In this document: in pieces, positions 1 to 14,342 of the stretch | Layout of the letters: each line of letters begins with the position of its first letter | Numbering within the stretch: the first letter of the stretch is position 1 | Assembly: GCA_002245135.1 (NCBI GenBank) | Contig: NGBS01000595.1 | Span: forward strand, 62,001-126,000 | Reading direction: 5' to 3' | From: Proteromonas lacertae | Taxonomy: Eukaryota | Length of the DNA stretch: 64,000 nt | Position numbers and translations under genes: made by a program | The notes under the pieces: model-generated | The model's input: only the letters and a program-made list of their open reading frames with translations | Database searches by the model: none | What the model was told of the DNA's origin: nothing

Positions 1-1937
1 TCAAATCAATTTCATTAATGAAATTGAAATATTTAGATCTTTATTGTATTTATAATCATATTGTTATTTTTTGAAATAGCTAATCGAATTGGTGTGAAAG
101 GATTTAAATTGTTACTTCCATATTTGAATTTATTAGTCAACAAAAACAATGAATTAAATCTTAGAGGAATGAAATTAAATGATGAATGTATGATGTTATT
201 ATCATCAGAATTATATAAATATTCAAATCTTAAGAACATCAATATTAGAGAAAACCAAAACATTCATTCATCTGGATTAAAAGCCTTATTCTCCAAATTT
301 CGAAATATATATTGTGATGTTAGTAAAGAATTACTGATTGATAAAGACATTCCTGAATTAGTCAAATATATAAGCCAATACAATGAATTAAATCTAGTTA
401 ATTCAGAAATAGATGATGATATTTTCAAATCATTCATTTCATTAAGATTAAATGAATTGAAAGAAATAAAGGGATTATATTTGAGTTGTATAATTTGATA
501 TTTTTATTATTATATAGATAATAAACTAACATATAGAAGTATAGAAATATTGATAAACAATTTATCTTCATTTCCAAATCTTAAACATCTTAGATTATAT
601 GGAAATGAGATAAGAGATGAAGGAATGAAATTATTATCTCCACATTTACATTTATTAAATAATATTGATGAGATTAATTGTTCAAGTATAAATACTATCT
701 TTTAATATTCAATAGAAATGGGATTATCTTCAATTGGATTGAAGTATTTAGTTGATGGTTTAAAGAGTATTAATGAAGACAAATACAGAAGAGAAGGTTA
801 TAGTAATTATTACTATGATGATGATGATGATGGAGATGAAGGATTTTATAATTTTATCTCACTTAATCTAAGTGATAATAATATACATTCATCAGGAATA
901 GAAATCTTGATGCATTATATGAAAGATGATGATATTATTAAAGAATTGAATATTCAAAGTATATTTATGGTAGTTTTTAATTTGTTTAATAGATAATCCA
1001 ATTGGTAACAGTGGATTTAAGATATTAATAAACAATTTAGACATGTTATTAGAAAAATATTTAAAGAAAATTGATCTAACCATCATCTCAATAGATGATG
1101 AAAGTGTGATATTATTAGCTGATAAGATAGATTCAATTTCTAATTGCAACACAATAAACTTAAATGGAAATAATATTCGAATGAATGGATTAAAATCAAT
1201 TTGTTCCAAAACATTAGAAAAAGAAGAATATCCATTTATAGAAATGAATAATATATCATGGAGAAAAGAAGAATGTGAATATTATTTAGATTACTGTATT
1301 AAAAAGAAAAGAAAAGACAATAAAGACTATGATTTTTCCGGTATATTATCTGTGTTTATAATGAAATAGATTTAAATCTGAATGATTCTCACATTTCATT
1401 AATAAAACAGATTGATTATAAATATCTTGATATATCCAATAACAAGATTAGTTGTAATGGATTGAAAGAATTAACATATTCTTTTCCAGAAAATGTTAAA
1501 TATATTTCAATAAATAATAATCGAATTGGAGATGAAGGAATAGAGATAATATGTAAATATTTAGATAAATTTATTTATTCTACATTATCATTAAACATCT
1601 CAAGTATTTAAAATTCTGTATTCTATTCTATATAGAAATTGGGATGAGTGAAAAAGGATTGATGATGTTAATAGAAAGATTAAAAGATAATAAACCATTA
1701 AAATATCTATATCTATCAGGAAATGAATTAGATGAAAGAGAATTGAGATTAATAAAAGAAAACGAAGAAGTGTTTAATTGTTTAGAAGATTTGTTTATAA
1801 CAGTAAAAGAAAATATAGATAAATCAGAATTAAAATCATTTTTAGACATATTTACATTCATAAAAGTAATAAAATTAGATGGGATAGAAGAGGAAGAAAA
1901 GGAAGAACTATCAAAAGAATATTTGAATGTTAAATAA
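1..1937 (+). CDS. Leucine-rich repeat (RNI-like) protein, 5' end outside window, multi-exon
   Basis: Repeated LxxLxLxxNxI-xxxG motifs (LNLSDNNIHSSG, INLNGNNIRMNG, LYLSGNEL) over several ORFs separated by ~30-nt GT..AG introns; stop at 1935-1937. Confidence 0.8.
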
Positions 1938-2213
1938 TTCAATTATTAGTTGTTTTACTCTATTATTCTTTTATTTGTTAATAATGAAAATATTTATCAT
2001 ACTATACATATTTCATTTGTTAGGTTTATAATAAACGCTTCCTATATTGATTTTATCAAATTATTCAAAATACATTATCAAACCATCATCAAGCCTATAT
2101 AATTTTCATTTGACTTTAAAATGTCAATGAAAAAGATTATCACCACCAAAACAAAAATTTCAATACAGGAATAAGGATAGAGAAAAATAAAACATAATTA
2201 AAATATTTCATAA

Positions 2214-4236
2214 TTACTTCTTTTCTTTAAATTCAGCATCTTTGGCATTATCATTTGGATTACTTCCTCCATTATTATTTGGTTGTTGTTGTTCATTACC
2301 AGTTTGATATATAATTTTACCTATTTCCATAGCAGCATTCTTTAAATCATTCAATTTAGCAGTAAATTCTTCTAAATTATCACTATTTTGAACATTCTTC
2401 AAATTATCAATAGAAGATTGTATTTTCTTCTTTTGTTCTTCATTCAATTTTGATGAATATTCTTTCATTTGTTTCTCAGTATTGTATATTAAATTATCAG
2501 ATTCGTTCTTAGCATCTTGCAATTGTCTTCTCTTCTTATCAGCTTCAGCATTTTCTTCAGCTTCTTTCATCATTCTTTGAATCTCATCTTCGGATAAACC
2601 TCCACTGCTTTGGATTACTATTGATTGTTGTTTACCTGTTCCTTTATCTTTTGCACTGACATTCACAATACCATTAGCATCAATATCAAAGGTAACTTCA
2701 ATTTGTGGAACTCCTCTTGGAGCTGGTGGAATTCCCATTAAATGGAAATCACCTAACATCTTATTATCTGCAGCCATTTGTCTTTCACCTTGTAATACTT
2801 TTACATCCACTTCACTTTGATTATCAGCAGCAGTACTGAATATTTGTGATTTCTTTGTAGGTATTGTTGTATTACGTGGAATCAATGTTGTAAATACTCC
2901 TCCTAAAGTCTCTATACCTAATGATAATGGTGTTACATCCAATAATACAATATCTTCTACCTCACCTTTTAATACACCACCTTGAATTGCAGCACCAGCA
3001 GCTACTACTTCATCAGGATTCACTCCTTTATTAGGTACTTTACCAAAGAATTTATGAACTAATTCCTGTACTCTTGGCATTCTAGACATACCACCGACTA
3101 ACAGTACTTCACTAATTTGATCTTTAGTTACACCAGCATCTTTTAAACATTTCTCACATGGTGCTAATGTTCTATCAACTAAATCTTGAGTCATATTTTC
3201 ATATTGAGTTCGAGTTATTTTCATAGCTAAATGCTTTGGTCCAGATGCATCTGCTGTAATGTATGGTAAATTTATATCAGTTTCTTTTAATCCATCTAAT
3301 TCTCTCTTTGCTTTCTCTGATGCATCTCTTAATCTTTCTACAGCCATTGGATCTTTCTTCAAATCAATTCCAGTCTGTTTCTTGAATGTTTCAACTAAAT
3401 GGTTTAATAATACCATATCAAAATCTTCACCACCTAATAGAGTATCACCATTGGTAGCTTTTACTTCAAATACACCTCCAGAGATTTCTAACAATGATAA
3501 ATCAAAAGTACCACCACCTAAATCGTAAATTGCTATGATTTTACCATCACCTTTATCTACTCCATAACCTAAAGATGCAGCAGTTGGTTCGTTAATGATT
3601 CTGTCAACTTCTAAACCTGCGATTTTACCAGCATCTTTAGTTGCTTGTCTTTGACTGTCATTAAAATAAGCTGGAACTGTAATAACTGCATGTTTTACTC
3701 CTCCAGTTAAGTGGTTTTCAGCTGTTTCCTTCATTTTTTCTAAGACCATTGAACCAATTTGGGATGGGGAGTATTTCTTACCATTGGTGGTTTGAACCCA
3801 AGCATCTCCATTATCTGCACGAATTATGTCATATGGAACTAATTTCTTGATTTTTGCTATTTCTGGATCGTCATATTTACGACCAATTAAACGTTTGCAT
3901 GCATAGAAGGTATTCTTTGGATTGGTTATTGCTTGTCTTCGTGCCAAACTACCTACAACACGTTCTCCATTAGCAAGAAAACCAACTACTGATGGTGTTG
4001 TTCTGTGACCTTCGGAATTTTCAAGAATCTTTGGAGCTTTTCCCTATAAAGCAATAAAATATTTAGGATTATACTTCCATAACTGCAACGCATGAGTTGG
4101 TAGTACCCAAATCGATACCTACTACATTACCTTGTATGTTACCAGCAAATCCTCTTACCAAGTTAAATAAAGGCTTCTTAACTTGTCTCATTGCTAGAGA
4201 CTTCAAAGATAATGAATTTCTAAGTAAAGAATTCAT
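2214..4236 (-). CDS. HSPA9: Mitochondrial Hsp70 (DnaK-type) with N-terminal targeting peptide; one 31-nt intron (4044-4074)
   Basis: [40 protein letters not shown] motifs; ATG at 4236 gives basic/Ser-rich leader [21 protein letters not shown]. Confidence 0.95.
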
Positions 4237-4803
4237 TGGGTTGACAGTTATTAGAAAGAATCAAAAAATGCAAATAGAAGAAGAAAACTTCTAGACTCTT
4301 CTTAGTTAATTAATACAATGTTAAGACATGTATTAGTATGTCTTAATAGAGTAAAACGAATATATTTTTGAAATAAATCTTAAAACTTGATTAAACATGA
4401 ATGAAATAATATCATCAATATTGGAAGGTGCTGTAGAGGTATATGAAAGTATTTCTATCGAATTGATAAAAGAGATAGTTGAAAAGAGTGAAAGAGAAGT
4501 AGATTTGGTTGTAAAGCAATTATATTATATGGAATTTCATATGAAATAAAAGAAGAAATGTCTAATATATTCTCAAATATAAGTAAAACAAATGATTAAT
4601 ACAATCGCTTTAGAATGTATTTCTATACTTATGTAAATTGTATGTTAGTTGTGTGAAATACAATCCATACACAATTCTGAAGTTTTTAAATACATTTTTT
4701 GATTTGGTTATATTTCTAATGAAAAAAATTTCGTTACACCAAGAATAACATTCGTTATCTTTTATTTTTATTCTTTTTTATCGTTTTACACACTCAAATA
4801 AAT

Positions 4804-5047
4804 ATGGACGCTGCATCTAAAGCTCAAAAAGAAGTAGAGAAGTTGAATGAAGAGAAGAAATTGTTAATGAGCGCTATTACTTCAAAAGAAGCTTCAGATA
4901 AGTATTTATAGAAATAATTTAATTTATATTTATACTAGGGTAATACAAGAAGTTCAAGCTATACCAGAACCATTTTGCAACGAATGTGATGGAGATAATC
5001 CCTGGTTAGCAGCACCAAAAGGAGATGGAGGTTGTGTTGTAGTATAA
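4804..5047 (+). CDS. Heterotrimeric G-protein gamma subunit (two exons; not in ORF track)
   Basis: Spliced translation MDAASKAQKEVEKLNEEKK...EPFCNECDGDNPWLAAPKGDGGCVVV*: N-terminal coiled coil, NPW motif, C-terminal CaaX. Confidence 0.8.
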
Positions 5048-5155
5048 GTTAAATAATTTTGGTTATATATTGTTTATTCTATTTCTGTGATTTACATTTT
5101 TGTGTTGAATAAAGAAATATGGAGTAGCACATCAAAGAAACACAAAATAACAAAT

Positions 5156-6109
5156 TTATATCATCATCTTAAGCAGTTCATTAATTAATTCAAATGATTC
5201 ATCATTTGTAACAACAATATCATATTTCCCCATAAAAGATTCCAATCTTTCATCAATCCTATACATATAAAAACCTTAATCAATATACATATCATTCAAA
5301 TACCCAATTTTAATTACACAATTATTACTATCAATTCCTTTTATCATATCACAATCACCAATATTATCTCCAACCACTAAATAACATTTTTTATTCTCAC
5401 ATACTTCTAAGCACATACTACCACCTATATTCTTGTTCATTGAGTTAATTTGAGGATCTTCAAACCCTACAACATACCCTTCATCGTTAAATATCATTTT
5501 ATTTGAAATTACTTTTATATTCTTACAGTTTGATACATCTACTGGACTTTTTACACGCAATACTTCTTCTATTATTTGAGTGATTCCTGCTGAAAAAATC
5601 AGTAAAGATATCTAATAACAAATATAAAAAATACATTTAAATACATTATTATTTTCACAAAGTGATAAAAATTCATTTACTCCCCTTCGAAGTTCTAATT
5701 TACTCTCTAAAATACTTTTATGTAATATTGTTGTTGAAAATTTATATTCTATTAAAGCTTGATTGGCTTGTTTCCACCATTCAACCATATAATTATACTT
5801 TTCGTCAAATGGGATTTTAGGATCTATTTCTAATGGATAATATTTCTGTTGTAAAGCTTTTACTTTATCATGATAGCTTCTGTCTAGTAAATCACACTCT
5901 TCTATTACCCTATAACATCCTGGACATTTTTCGCCATTCATCATTAACGGTGTCATTGTTCCATCAAAGTCAGAAATTATTTGAACTTCTTTTAACGAAT
6001 GATTAAGAAATTGGTTCAAAAGAACTTCAATCGATTCTTTATTCCTAATATGAATATGATCTGGAATAGTACTAATTTTAGATATTAATTTTTGAAGTAT
6101 TGGTATCAT
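5156..6109 (-). CDS. NT5C3: Cytosolic pyrimidine 5'-nucleotidase (UMPH-1/NT5C3 family, HAD)
   Basis: ISDFDGTMT, YYPLEIDP, MVEWW, VGDNIGDCDM motifs; short introns. Confidence 0.9.
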
Positions 6110-6230
6110 GATAATGAAAAACAAAGAAAAACTCAAAATTCCGTTTCAAAAATATATTAGTTTCATTTTGTTCAACTCATTTTTCTCATTAATCATAGCA
6201 ATTACAAACAAAAAAATATTATTTTTATTA

Positions 6231-7825
6231 TTATTTTAATCCATTTTGACCAATTTCAAGAGTACATTGATCATATAGCAATTTCAATTCTTTCACATCT
6301 TCATCTTCTTCTCCTTTCAACATTTTTAGATTCAAATATGAATATTCACAATCTATCAATGCTTCTCTTAAACGATTTGTATTGTACAATAGCTTACTAT
6401 AATATCCATGCTATTCATAATTAATTAACTTTAAATAAATATATACAGCTATATATGGTGATATTGAGCTAACAGGATATTGATAATCACTTCCATCTTT
6501 CCATATTCTACATGGTTCAAGAGCTAATTCATAATCTGGTAATTGGATTAATAACTTTACATATTCTTCACATATTTTTGTTAATTTTGGGTTATAACAA
6601 TGATACAGTATCTAAATAATAAAAATAAATTTACAATTATATATACTTTTGCACTATTATAAATACATTTCATATGTTTTATTTTATCATCCAAATTATC
6701 AGAATCTTTATATTTTTTATATTCACTATCAAAAATGGAAATATTTTTATTTATTATTTTAGTTGATGATTTATGACAATTTATACATTCATATCCATTT
6801 TCTAGGTTTGGAATACAATAACAATTTTTATTATTATTTTCACAATTACAACAAAATTGACATTTATAGTATTCCATCAATCCATCATCATAATTATTTT
6901 TAATACTTTTCATGCATCTCTCACATTCACATTTGAAATAATAATTATCTAATAAATACTTCTGTCTAGTTTTTGTTGATTTATTTAAATCAATATAACT
7001 AATCTAATTAAAAATAATAATCATAATAAAATATAATAAAAATACAAATAATTCTTCACTTTCTTTGATTTCTTTACTACATCTCAATATTTGATTTCTG
7101 CCATTATAATAGTGAAATATATTTGGATCACAACTATGATTTATTAATGATGGAATTGGATAACAACCATGAGCAATAGGCATATTATCATTATTATTGC
7201 ATAATGTAAAATCATTACATTTTATTTGACTAATTATTGTTTTTATTGTGATTAATTCTTTATTTTCGATATTTTTAATCCATTCTTCTTCTTCGTGTAT
7301 GAATTTGAGTGTTAACATGGCTAATTCAGCTATTTCTTCTTTTTCTTTTTCTTTAGTTTCAGATAAGTGATTTATCATATTTATTGCATATTCTTTTTTA
7401 TTGAATGAATTTTCTTCATTTTCTTTTATCCTAATATTTCCATATTCTAGTCTTAAGATTCTTGCTGTGAATAATACTAATGAAGCAGGAGTATATGGTT
7501 TTAATTTTTGAATTGATTTACATTCTATTCCATGTTCATTCCAATCACGTGCTTGACAGTCTCTTGAACAATATTTCACTAATTTGCATTTACTACAACG
7601 CTTCAAATTATCTGATTCTTTAAAACAATAAAAACACATCGAATTCCAATTTAATTGGTGTAATATAGCTGTAAATGGAGTTACATTCATTATGATTTCA
7701 CCTATTTACAAAATGTACTGTTAAATACCTTTATAAAGTGGAACCTTTGCTATTATTCCTTTTCCTTTACCATTTCCAAATTCTTTTATTTCACATTTCT
7801 CAAGAAATGAATTGAAATCACTCAT
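6231..7825 (-). CDS. SET and MYND domain lysine methyltransferase (SMYD family)
   Basis: MYND finger CFYC..CSKC..YCSRDCQARDWNEH, INHSCDPN, post-SET YFKCECERC. Confidence 0.9.
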
Positions 7826-7933
7826 TTTAGAAAAATGAAAACTTGAATGATGGTTTGAACGAAAAGAGTCATTTCATAGTCAAATAAACATGAATAATTA
7901 AAAATACAAATTATTTACTTTTATTTATTATAA

Positions 7934-8201
7934 CTAAGAATGTGGACTTTCTTCAATACCCAATTCATTTATATTCTTCTGAGATTTAATACATTTTCTA
8001 ACATAAAATGCGCATATAGTGCAGAAAAACAATAAAATAGATGAAATCAACGACAAGCTTTCTGTACTCACAGCATCAGAATTTAACAATGTAACAATCA
8101 CAATAAAATTCATTCCAATTCTATAAATATTCATCAACGTTGTTCTAATGTCATTTGTTATATATTTTGATCTTAGAGTTCCCTATTTAACATTATATAA
8201 C

Positions 8202-8243
<42 letters not shown>

Positions 8244-9465
8244 AGCTGGATAATATAAACCAACTGAAAATTCAAATAACAAATAACAAATCAATTTAAT
8301 CATATAAATATTCACAATATATGAAACAAATAAAGAAATTGTTGAGAATAAAAATATATATGGAAATCTATTCACTAGTACATAATTTGGTAATAAAAAT
8401 TCATGTAATAATGAACCAATCATTAATGACATCATTTCCAACGTAAATATTAATCCATGTGAAATTTCATTGGTTGAAACAGATTCTAAAATTGGTGTCC
8501 AAAAAAATACAAATATAAACATTGAAGATTCAAACAATGTTTGAATAATTCCAAGAAAAATTAATAATTTACGATGGAATAGTGTGTATAATGTATGAAA
8601 TAATAAACCGCAAGATGTTCGACTATTGCTTTTCCTTGAACCATAATTTTCATTCCATAAACTTAATACCAAAACTATAGAAAAGAGATAAAAATGTAAT
8701 AAAATAAAAAATAAATTAAAATATCATATATAAATATACTCGATGTAATAATAAATATAACAATCGAAAAATTAAATGGTGCAATATAACCCCATCTATT
8801 TGAAACATAAGTACATAATAAACCAATAAAAATAGCAATTATTGAATTAAAGAATGAACTCCATTCAAATATCGATTGTATATAATTAGCAGGACATTGT
8901 GTTTTAGTAAATTCACTGATTAACCATGATTCAAAGGTTGTAGTGTATATTGATGTGGCTATCCCTGTACATACTCTACCAAATATTAATATATAATAAT
9001 TAGTCATATTTTTGACTATACAACCTAACCCATATATTATTCCATAAAATAGACACATTTTCTTTCTTCCATATTTGTCTGCTAATAATCCGACTACTGG
9101 ACCTATGATGATTGGAATTATTATGAAAATTTATAATACCAAATAGTAAACTGGATAAATAGCCTATGACAAATAAGAATCCAATAGCTGCTCTTCTATA
9201 ACCATATGATTGATATCTAATTATTAATAAAGACAAATATACAAAGCATAAATGTGAGAGCCTTGACACCAATCACCTGCTGCAGCAAAAGCATATACTA
9301 CAAAATATTTCTTAACTAAAGATATTAGTAAATCACTTTCTAAATGAAATAGTAATGATTTTTAATCTTACTGAAAAACTGCACTTCTCTGGTGGTTATA
9401 TATTGATGAATAACAATGAAACAGAAAAATGCTAATATGACAGACAAAACTTCTGTTTCATCCAT
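7934..9465 (-). CDS. MFS transporter, MFSD5/molybdate-anion transporter family
   Basis: GDWCQG, GRVCTGIATS..TTFESW, LFESSMFIFVFFWTP motifs; multiple TM segments and introns. Confidence 0.85.
8205..8239. repeat. (TA)n microsatellite in intron
   Basis: Uninterrupted TA run seen directly. Confidence 0.9.
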
Positions 9466-9587
9466 TATTTTTCAATTACAAAAAATATACTCGTTTAACA
9501 AACAGTTATCAAACATATTTATTTGTTTTATTCATTTTTTCATTTACTAACAATACAAAAATAATAATAATAAACTAAAAAAAGAAA

Positions 9588-10637
9588 CTATACTAACGAT
9601 ATATTCTCTATATTTACATTATTATCTTGACACTTAAACTCAATCACTAAATTATCAAAATGTAACTTACACAATAAATGACTAGGTCTATTACTAACAT
9701 CAGAAGCTAAAACCTGATTAATAACAGCAAAAGCTTCATCATAATTCTCATAAAATTTCATTTTACTACAAACATTCTTCAAATCATCAATAGATTTATC
9801 ACTAAAAATTACATTTCTGTTTGGCGTGTCTGCAACAACCCAATCTGGTGTTTTCGCTATAGAAATTGATTCCAAATGAGGTAAATATGGTTTAATGTCA
9901 AAAACAGGACTTTCATTCACTAAATCCATATTGGAAATATATAAAACTTTTACATTTCCTTTAATAAATACTTTATCCAATTTAACAACAGATAATCCAA
10001 TAGGATTTGGTCTATGTGGAGAACGGGTTGAAAATAATCCAGTTTTATCACCTTGTAATCTTGGAGCTTTAACTTTGGCTGGAAATGTAAATCCTTTTTC
10101 ATTATTACTCTTTTTTAGTGTTAATGTATTTGAGTTTAAATGAAAATAGAAAATCACCCATATATGACTGTATTCTTCTAGACCTTCAAAAGCTGTTGGA
10201 CTGATTGTTGGATCAATTATAATTTTACCTCTTGAGAGTGGTACTAGACCAGGCTGACGAGGTGTTCCTTGACAATCTATATAACATGATTCAACATGAC
10301 CAATTACTTTGAGAGGGAATGATCCTGATTGATCTTCTTCTTTGATTATTGCTTGTCTATATTCCTATCAATGATAAATAAATATTTCTTTTGAGATTAC
10401 TTTTTCAAGTTTTATTCTTGCTTTTTGTTCACTCTCAATTTTTGCTTCTAAATCTTTGGCTTTTGCTTCATATCCTTCTTTCTCCTATTTTCATGTTATT
10501 TCAAAAGATACTTTTTGTATTTCTTCTTCCAATTCTATTTTTCTTTTCATATTTCGTTTCTTTTGTATGTATATAACAATAAACAACGTTGATATTACCA
10601 AAATTGATATTGTATTAACCAAAATTTCAATATTCAT
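9588..10637 (-). CDS. TRMO: tRNA (adenine(37)-N6)-methyltransferase TrmO/TsaA with N-terminal hydrophobic segment
   Basis: GTPRQPGL, EGLEEYSHIWVIF, GLFSTRSPHRPNPIGLS, DIKPY motifs. Confidence 0.9.
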
Positions 10638-10688
10638 TAATTAGGCTTGATTCACAGTTTGAATTAATTCTTTTTCAATCAAAATCTA

Positions 10689-10983
10689 ATGTCAGAAGGT
10701 ACATTTTCCGTTAGAAGATCCATTCAGTGGATTTGGCTTTTGTTTCTCATTATAGTTTGTTGCAGCTCAGATAATTATATAGCCTGGGTATATATTTCTG
10801 TTTTATATCATTTTATTTTAGATTACTATTACATTTATTTTCGGTACAATATTGATGGTCGATTATATGTTTTGTGATGATGAGAATTTCCGTTTTGATC
10901 CAGATTATCAGGTATTACATTCTTTTTCTTATATTTTATCAATGCAATAGAATTATGCAAGGTACAATGATCCTCATTATTAA
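10689..10983 (+). CDS. Small three-exon membrane protein of unknown function
   Basis: Two GT..AG introns give MSEGTFSVRRSIQWIWLLF...DENFRFDPDYQNYARYNDPHY*. Confidence 0.55.
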
Positions 10984-11626
10984 AAGTCTGTTAATAATCT
11001 AAGCTAATAGTTTTGGTTTTTGTTCATATTATGCTTATAAATGGTATTATTGTTATTATTGAAGTGTTTATAATTGTTTAAAATAATTAAAATATGTACA
11101 TAACATAATTCTTTCAAATTCACAATAATCCTCACAGGATGATCAGAAATCGAATTATTGCATTAAATTGGCATAAATAATTAATATGCATACCTTAAAA
11201 TCCAAATTCATACAAAAATGAAGATTAGGAATTTCTAATAAAGGTTTCGTAAGTTAAAAACTTGATTATCGTATACATAAAAATCAGATTAATGCAAAAT
11301 TATGAAAATTTTGGAAAAACAACAACTGTAATGCATCTAAAACTGGCATTAAACCTTCAACCATTCAAATTGTTTTTAAAGCCCGCGCAAAAAATAATCT
11401 TTCATCATTCCTTGTGAAATTATATTTAAAGTCCTAGTTTCTGGAATATAATAAACAGCTTCCTTACTGTTTTAACTTGCATAAAACAGATAAAAATAAT
11501 CAATATAACCCCAATTAATCAAAGTATGTATAACTGATCTATATTTTGTTTTACACCCATACACCTATTCTATATTTATTATACTATCATTGTCATAGTA
11601 AATAATCCAATACATAGCAAGAAATT

Positions 11627-12922
11627 ATGAATTGTGATGAATCTTTCGATCTTATATGTAATGAAACTATAGAATTAGATGTTCAGAGTCTGGCAGAGAT
11701 ATATTTTAAAGAATACTTATTGCCAAGAGAAGCAAACGGATTTTCATATTTATCTGAGCAAGCATACATTACAAATTATATGAGAGGTATTCTAGTAGAT
11801 TGGTTAATCGAAGTATCAGAAGATTTCAGACTGCAAAGAACAACGTTATATTTAGCAATATCATTTATCGATAATTACCTATCAAAAGTGAATAATACAG
11901 AAATCCATGAATTCCAATTATTAGGAATAACGGCTCTATTTATTGCACAGAAAATAGAAGAAGTAAGACTTAGAACAGTTCAAGATTTCATTCGATCAAC
12001 TCAAAATTCATATACAAAAATACAACTATTCGATATGGAGCTCAAACTCTGTCAAACCTTGAATTGGAATTTATTATTTGTAACACCCATTATGGTATAT
12101 GATTATTTTTTCGATCAATTATTATCATTGATTAATGGAAGTTCACATACAACTGAATTACTACAACATTCATCTGAATGGTTATATATCAGAGGATGTG
12201 ATTTGTTAGATAGAGTCGTCTTAGATGGTGAACATACAAAATTTAAACCATCTCATTTAGCCGCTTCAGTGTATTATGTTTTGTATGAAGATTTTGGATT
12301 ATCTGAAGAGCAGCTTGAAGAAATTACAGATTATCCAGTCAGAATATTGAATGATTGTTATTGTTATGTTTACACGATTTATAAAATGAGTTATCAACAA
12401 AACGCTCTATTAGATGATGATAATAACTGTCATTTTGAAAAACCATTATTTAATCAAATCTGGAATAATAAATCTTTACATAATTTTCAAGATTATGAAA
12501 AATTGTTATTACAGCGTAGAGTACATACATTAATACCACCATTAGTTCATGACCCTCTTGTAGAGGAGATTCCTATACTCAATCTCTCACCAGAACGAGA
12601 AGAAATTTCATTGGATGGTGAAAAAATGGTCAAACCAGAATCAAGCCATGACACTTCAATATGTTCGATGAATGATAGTAATATTGACCCTGATGTATCT
12701 ATGTGTTCAATTATTGAGACATTAAGTAATGAAAGTGATAAGATTAATAGTAATACAACTTCTCCTTTAAAAGATGGTGAAATTGAGAAAGTTCAGTGTA
12801 GCAAAAGTACTACAACATCTCCCTTAAAGAGAAATGCTGATAGTAGCAGTTGTGAAAGTAGTGAAATGTTTTGTGGTAATGGTAGTGAAATAAATAACAA
12901 GAGAAGGAAAACATTAAACTAA
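11627..12922 (+). CDS. Cyclin (A/E-like cyclin box)
   Basis: MRGILVDWLIEV, TLYLAISFIDNYL, QLLGITALFIAQKIEE. Confidence 0.92.
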   Translation: MNCDESFDLICNETIELDVQSLAEIYFKEYLLPREANGFSYLSEQAYITNYMRGILVDWLIEVSEDFRLQRTTLYLAISFIDNYLSKVNNTEIHEFQLLGITALFIAQKIEEVRLRTVQDFIRSTQNSYTKIQLFDMELKLCQTLNWNLLFVTPIMVYDYFFDQLLSLINGSSHTTELLQHSSEWLYIRGCDLLDRVVLDGEHTKFKPSHLAASVYYVLYEDFGLSEEQLEEITDYPVRILNDCYCYVYTIYKMSYQQNALLDDDNNCHFEKPLFNQIWNNKSLHNFQDYEKLLLQRRVHTLIPPLVHDPLVEEIPILNLSPEREEISLDGEKMVKPESSHDTSICSMNDSNIDPDVSMCSIIETLSNESDKINSNTTSPLKDGEIEKVQCSKSTTTSPLKRNADSSSCESSEMFCGNGSEINNKRRKTLN

Positions 12923-13089
12923 AACAATAATAGAAAATACATTTTGATAACAAGATTTTAAATTAAAAAAAACAAATAGAATATTCATTTATATTGTTGT
13001 TGTTTTTGTTATATTTTTAATTTCCAAAAGAAAATACAATAATATCTAATAATAATAATCATTAATTAAATTCTATATAATATCATTTT

Positions 13090-14286
13090 TTACTTAAATA
13101 TTTTCTTTCCAGTATTTACAACTCCAGTAATAGCTGAATTAATTCCTTTACCAATCATTCTTCCAGCTTTCTCTGCTTTTGATTCTTCTGGTTGTACTGA
13201 TGATGGTCCTGGTGGATATTGTTGTTGTTGTTGTTGTTGAGATGGTTGAGGTGGAGGAGGTGGTACTTGATATTGATATTGTGGTTGCTGTGGATATACT
13301 TGTTGTGGTTGTTGATATTGTACGGGTTGTGCTACTACTACTGGTGGTCCATATTGTATAGGTTGGTCATTGGGAGGTGGTTGAAATTGAACTTGTTGTT
13401 GTTGTTGTTGTTGGTTTATATTATTATTAACATAAACAGGTTGTGGAGGTTGTTGTTGATTGTTGACAGGCTGAGTTTTTATTACTACTGGTTCAATATT
13501 GACATTTGCTTCTGCTCTCTATTATATATGATATTAAATATAATAAATATTAAGTATATATTAATACAGCTTCTCTTATATAAGAATCACTAATAAAAAA
13601 TCCATACATTGTATCAAATGGTGAACAACAACAACATAAACTTGATAAAACAGCTATAAATACAATAATTAATCTATATATATATATATATATATATATA
13701 CAACAACAAGTTCCAAGAATTGCAAAAATAAACATTACCCATGTTACATTACAATTAATTAAATAAACTGTACTAAAACCATCAGCCATACAGCTCAAAT
13801 CACCTGCTTGAACATTTCCTACTATTGTCCATATAATCCACAAGAAATCGAAACAGAAATATATTGCCATTCCTGGATCTCTACAGAAGAATTCACTGAA
13901 TTCTGAATAACTTAATGAATTTTCTTTTATTCTTTTCTTTAAAGCATAGTTGATGTAAATAAACATTGAAAAATTGATAAAGTGACATACACTATTAATC
14001 TAATCAACAATATAAATAAATCAAAATACCAGTAAAAATATGCTTGCAAACATACTACAATCTGAATCAAAATCAATAGCTCCAAAAATAATTCCTAAAA
14101 CACCTGGTACAATATCCAAAATCACTGTTAGCACCATTGCACACGATACATGACGCATACATGCACTATGAAATTAATTACAGTCAGATACGAAAATGCT
14201 CTGCAACAATCAGTACAACATGCTTCACATAACATGCATGGAGCGCATATAATCGTTCCTATGGACTCACATAATAGCATAGCCAT
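13090..14286 (-). CDS. Multi-pass membrane protein with Cys-rich N-terminus and Q/P/Y-rich C-terminal tail
   Basis: Hydrophobic exons joined by short introns; low-complexity QQQYPP tail at 13190-13500. Confidence 0.65.
13675..13700. repeat. (TA)n microsatellite in intron
   Basis: TA run seen directly. Confidence 0.85.
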
Positions 14287-14342
14287 TTTGAAAATAAAAC
14301 TGATTTAAAAATCAAAATGAATTAACTTTTGTCAAAATAGTT

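Noticed and set aside
4397..4550. Small possible two-exon gene
   Set aside because: Too short, with no recognisable motif
13179..13593. Hydrophobic plus-strand ORFs
   Set aside because: Antisense shadows of the Q/P-rich exon on the minus strand
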